Of a stretch of DNA of 10,470 nucleotides, positions 8,816 through 10,470 are shown in pieces. The translations under genes and the position numbers were made by a program. The stretch is from Deltaproteobacteria bacterium TL4 (GTDB lineage: Bacteria > SAR324 > NAC60-12), in NCBI GenBank assembly GCA_051382335.1, contig JBBCAX010000233.1:1-10470 (forward strand), read 5' to 3'. Numbering within the stretch: the stretch's first letter is position 1; each line of letters opens with the position of its first letter. The notes beneath the pieces are model-generated. The model saw nothing but the letters and a program-made list of their open reading frames with translations. It did no database searches and was not told the DNA's origin.

Positions 8816-9787
8816 CTATCCTCCTCGCACACAACGAACATAGGATTTTTGGGACTTATCGTGTATGAATGCATAGCCGTGGTCAAAGTACACGCCGTGT
8901 GCTCCGCTGATTGAACTGGTTGACGACCAATAGAACGACCACACGTAAGAGCCAAGAATATTCCATTTTGGATACGAACCCAGATCAGATAATTCGCTTA
9001 GTGAGGGAAGTCGCCAATCAGAATAGCCATCAAGATTAAGATTGTCGCAATAACTGATCGCGTCATTCCAATTATGTAGGCCTGTATAGTCATTATCCTG
9101 CCACATAAGGCCTGTTTGGTTGTCGGTAACTGTAATAATCGGTTTGTTGTCACCAATTGCGATGTTGATCCCTGTTAGCATCTCGCCATTGTCATTTTTA
9201 GTGAACACCAGAATATGGGTCGTTCCAACAGGAAGATTTGTATTTTCCGCAAAGGTGTGAGTTAGATTGTTCCCTGTCTTAGAGAGTGTGGCAATGACTG
9301 AGTCTCCGGCAAGACGAGTGGTGGAACTGGAACCCCAGTAGAGCACATAGTGAGTCAGATCACTCTCATTACTGGCTTTAGTGATGCTCACCTCACCTGC
9401 CAATTGATTTGCATCCCCATCGGTATCAGTGAAAGCCATGCTCACTGCCGCATTTACCGGATCCAACAACACTTGGGAAGAGATCTCCTTCCATTGGCTG
9501 CCATCGGAATAATAGAAACCGGGAGCGTTGTCGGTTTGATAAAGGAGCATGCCCCCTGAAGGAGATGAAATCGCATCCCTTTGGTTTTTATTGATTCCAG
9601 GAACGATGACACTCCCATCCCCTCGAACTTTAAAGACTGGGGAACCATCTGCTTTTTTGACCGTAAAGGCGCTGTTGGTATCTGAAGTGGATAATTTAGC
9701 TTCGATATCCTCTGCAAACGCGGGCGCAGTCATCAATAAAAAGAGGGGGTATAAAATGATCGATAATTTTTTCAGTCCAACTTTCAT
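8816..9787 (-). CDS. Secreted DUF1566 (Lcl C-terminal, CLec-fold) domain protein, 323 aa; candidate DGR target
   Basis: GAGGA RBS (9799-9795) 7 nt before the ATG. Signal peptide ending APAFA|ED. QRDAISSPSGGMLLYQTDNAPGFYYSDGSQW motif and an FTDTDGDANQLAG...THYVLYWG domain. C-terminal TVTDNQTGLMWQ...W.DA..YC..L.LDGYSDWRLPS..EL...YWSST...VRCVRGG is the DUF1566 signature (~9135-8819). Confidence 0.92.
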   Translation of the reverse strand: MKVGLKKLSIILYPLFLLMTAPAFAEDIEAKLSTSDTNSAFTVKKADGSPVFKVRGDGSVIVPGINKNQRDAISSPSGGMLLYQTDNAPGFYYSDGSQWKEISSQVLLDPVNAAVSMAFTDTDGDANQLAGEVSITKASNESDLTHYVLYWGSSSTTRLAGDSVIATLSKTGNNLTHTFAENTNLPVGTTHILVFTKNDNGEMLTGINIAIGDNKPIITVTDNQTGLMWQDNDYTGLHNWNDAISYCDNLNLDGYSDWRLPSLSELSDLGSYPKWNILGSYVWSFYWSSTSSISGAHGVYFDHGYAFIHDKSQKSYVRCVRGG

Positions 9788-9855
9788 AGTGTGTTCCTCA
9801 ATATTGCCTCATTCAAAAATTTGTGCGGCTCTCGCCGCTTGGGAAAATTACCCAA
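9767..9855 (-). repeat. Direct repeat copy B: intact leader of the DUF1566 gene with two adjacent hairpins
   Basis: Minus strand TTGGG-TAATTTT-CCCAA (9855-9839), then GCGGC-GAGA-GCCGC (9838-9825, GNRA loop), then ACAAATTTTTGAATGAGGCAATATTGAGGA...ATG. Offset from copy A is 1258 nt. Confidence 0.85.
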
Positions 9856-10070
9856 AACGTTTGCTTCAGGAGTGTCAACGGTCATGTTAAACGGCGTGAG
9901 TTTATATCCGTTCCTCCAGTCGCTCCCGAAGTTCTCCCTGTTTCCTCTGAAACCGAAGTGTCCTCCGTTATTTTTTCTTCTCCAGCCGGTGTGTCCGATC
10001 CGCCAGCATCACCCCCTGCCACCTAAGACAAGCGAGCGCACCCCAATTTAAGCGTAATTTCTCATCAAGG

Positions 10071-10148
10071 TCACGAATTGAAAACCTCTTCAATGTTTGT
10101 TGCTGCTAAAATACGTTCCAACAAGAGTTCAATTTCCCCCAAACTACA
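10071..10148 (-). pseudogene. Orphan C-terminal fragment resembling the DUF4351-like tail of Rpn/PD-(D/E)XK putative transposases
   Basis: Reads SLGEIELLLERILAATNIEEVFNS*, similar to the recalled 'SLEQLE.W.ERIL.A.SLEEVF' C-terminal motif. The rest of the 79-aa ORF is translated palindromic repeat DNA. Confidence 0.5.
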
Positions 10149-10169
10149 CGGGTTCAGTCGACTTTGATG

Positions 10170-10292
10170 GGGCTTGGGTCTAACTTCGGCCAGGGGTAGC
10201 CTCGGGTTTCGCCCCGAGGAACAATGTGTGCGGTATCCCCTGGGACGAAACCCAGGGCTACCATCAAAATGGCCGAACTTACGACCAAGCCC
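10170..10292. mobile_element. 123-bp MITE-like element with ~23-bp imperfect TIRs enclosing a GTAG-type REP doublet
   Basis: Left GGGCTTGGGTCTAACTTCGGCCA (10170-10192) versus reverse complement of 10270-10292 GGGCTTGGTCGTAAGTTCGGCCA. No clear TSD. Confidence 0.65.
10196..10261. repeat. REPIN: two inverted GTAG-family REP sequences
   Basis: GTAG-CCTCGGG-TTTCGC-CCCGAGG (10196-10219, +) and GTAG-CCCTGGG-TTTCGT-CCCAGGG (10261-10238, -). Each is a 7-bp stem preceded by the GTAG tetranucleotide. Confidence 0.8.
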
Positions 10293-10298
10293 ACTCAC

Positions 10299-10421
10299 GG
10301 CTATAGTCATCGTTTCGCCAAAAGGCAGTAATCTTTTGAATCAGGCTTCGACTCCGCTCAGCCTCCGAAACCGTTCCCTGAGCGGAGTCGAAGGGAACCT
10401 GGCGAAACGATGACTGTGGCC
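10299..10421. mobile_element. 123-bp MITE-like element with 22-bp TIRs and a degenerate 8-bp flanking repeat
   Basis: GGCTATAGTCATCGTTTCGCCA (10299-10320) versus reverse complement of 10400-10421 GGCCACAGTCATCGTTTCGCCA: 20/22. Flanks CCACTCAC (10291-10298) and ATACTCAC (10422-10429) match 6/8. Confidence 0.75.
10343..10398. repeat. Inverted REP-like doublet with CTGAGCGGAGTCGAAG core
   Basis: Perfect 16-bp IR CTTCGACTCCGCTCAG (10346-10361) / CTGAGCGGAGTCGAAG (10378-10393). Each unit has its own self-complementary flanks (AGGCT..AGCCT; GTTCCCT..AGGGAAC). Confidence 0.85.
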
Positions 10422-10425
10422 ATAC

Positions 10426-10470
10426 TCACATTAGTTGTTGTTTCAGGTTCATAAGCATTAACTCAAGTTC
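10426..10470 (-). CDS. Possible 3' end of an upstream gene (...ELELMLMNLKQQLM*)
   Basis: Open minus-strand frame from the window edge to TGA at 10428-10426, ending just before the repeat cluster. Only 14 codons are visible. Confidence 0.3.
   Translation of the reverse strand, partial: ELELMLMNLKQQLM

Noticed and set aside
8722..8955. 77-aa minus-strand ORF ending NAKSQRRKERKEIV
   Set aside because: Alternate frame of the DUF1566 3' end running into the MITE palindrome.
9873..9878. TTGACA on the minus strand as the -35 of the DUF1566 promoter
   Set aside because: The hexamer at 17-nt spacing is TTGGGT; the nearest -10-like TAATTT is about 22 nt away.
9350..10051. ORFs 9350-9559, 9454-9717, 9549-9890, 9791-10051 and 9823-10026
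   Set aside because: The first three overlap the DUF1566 gene. The last two are low-complexity with no clear RBS; 9885-10025 might be a gene relic but strand and identity cannot be supported.
10071..10413. 79-aa ORFs 10071-10310 (-) and 10174-10413 (+) as real genes
   Set aside because: They are largely translations of palindromic MITE/REP DNA; only the last ~25 codons of the minus ORF look protein-like.
8816..10470. DGR template repeat or reverse transcriptase in the window
   Set aside because: No second AAC-rich copy of the VR and no RT (YxDD) ORF found by eye, so the DGR link remains a hypothesis.

Overview
Minus-strand locus for secreted/surface proteins. Most of the window (8427 to <1) is one giant ORF of >2809 aa, missing from the ORF track because it runs off the left edge without a stop. 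It encodes a signal-peptide-bearing mosaic: Bacteroidota-like beta-rich module, He_PIG/cadherin-like Ig, two G8-like/beta-solenoid blocks, PKD-like, about five CARDB-like, two CHB_HEX_C-like and at least six 112-aa Calx-beta-like repeats. Upstream lies a 323-aa secreted protein with a C-terminal DUF1566/Lcl (CLec-fold) domain whose 3' end resembles a diversity-generating retroelement (DGR) variable region; no RT or template repeat is in the window. The intergenic DNA is highly structured. A ~90-bp direct repeat brackets the DUF1566 gene and includes a decayed copy of its own start. Three small TIR-bounded MITE-like elements (one with a perfect 8-bp target duplication) each carry a different inverted REP-like doublet. 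All domain calls are from motif recognition by eye, not database searches.
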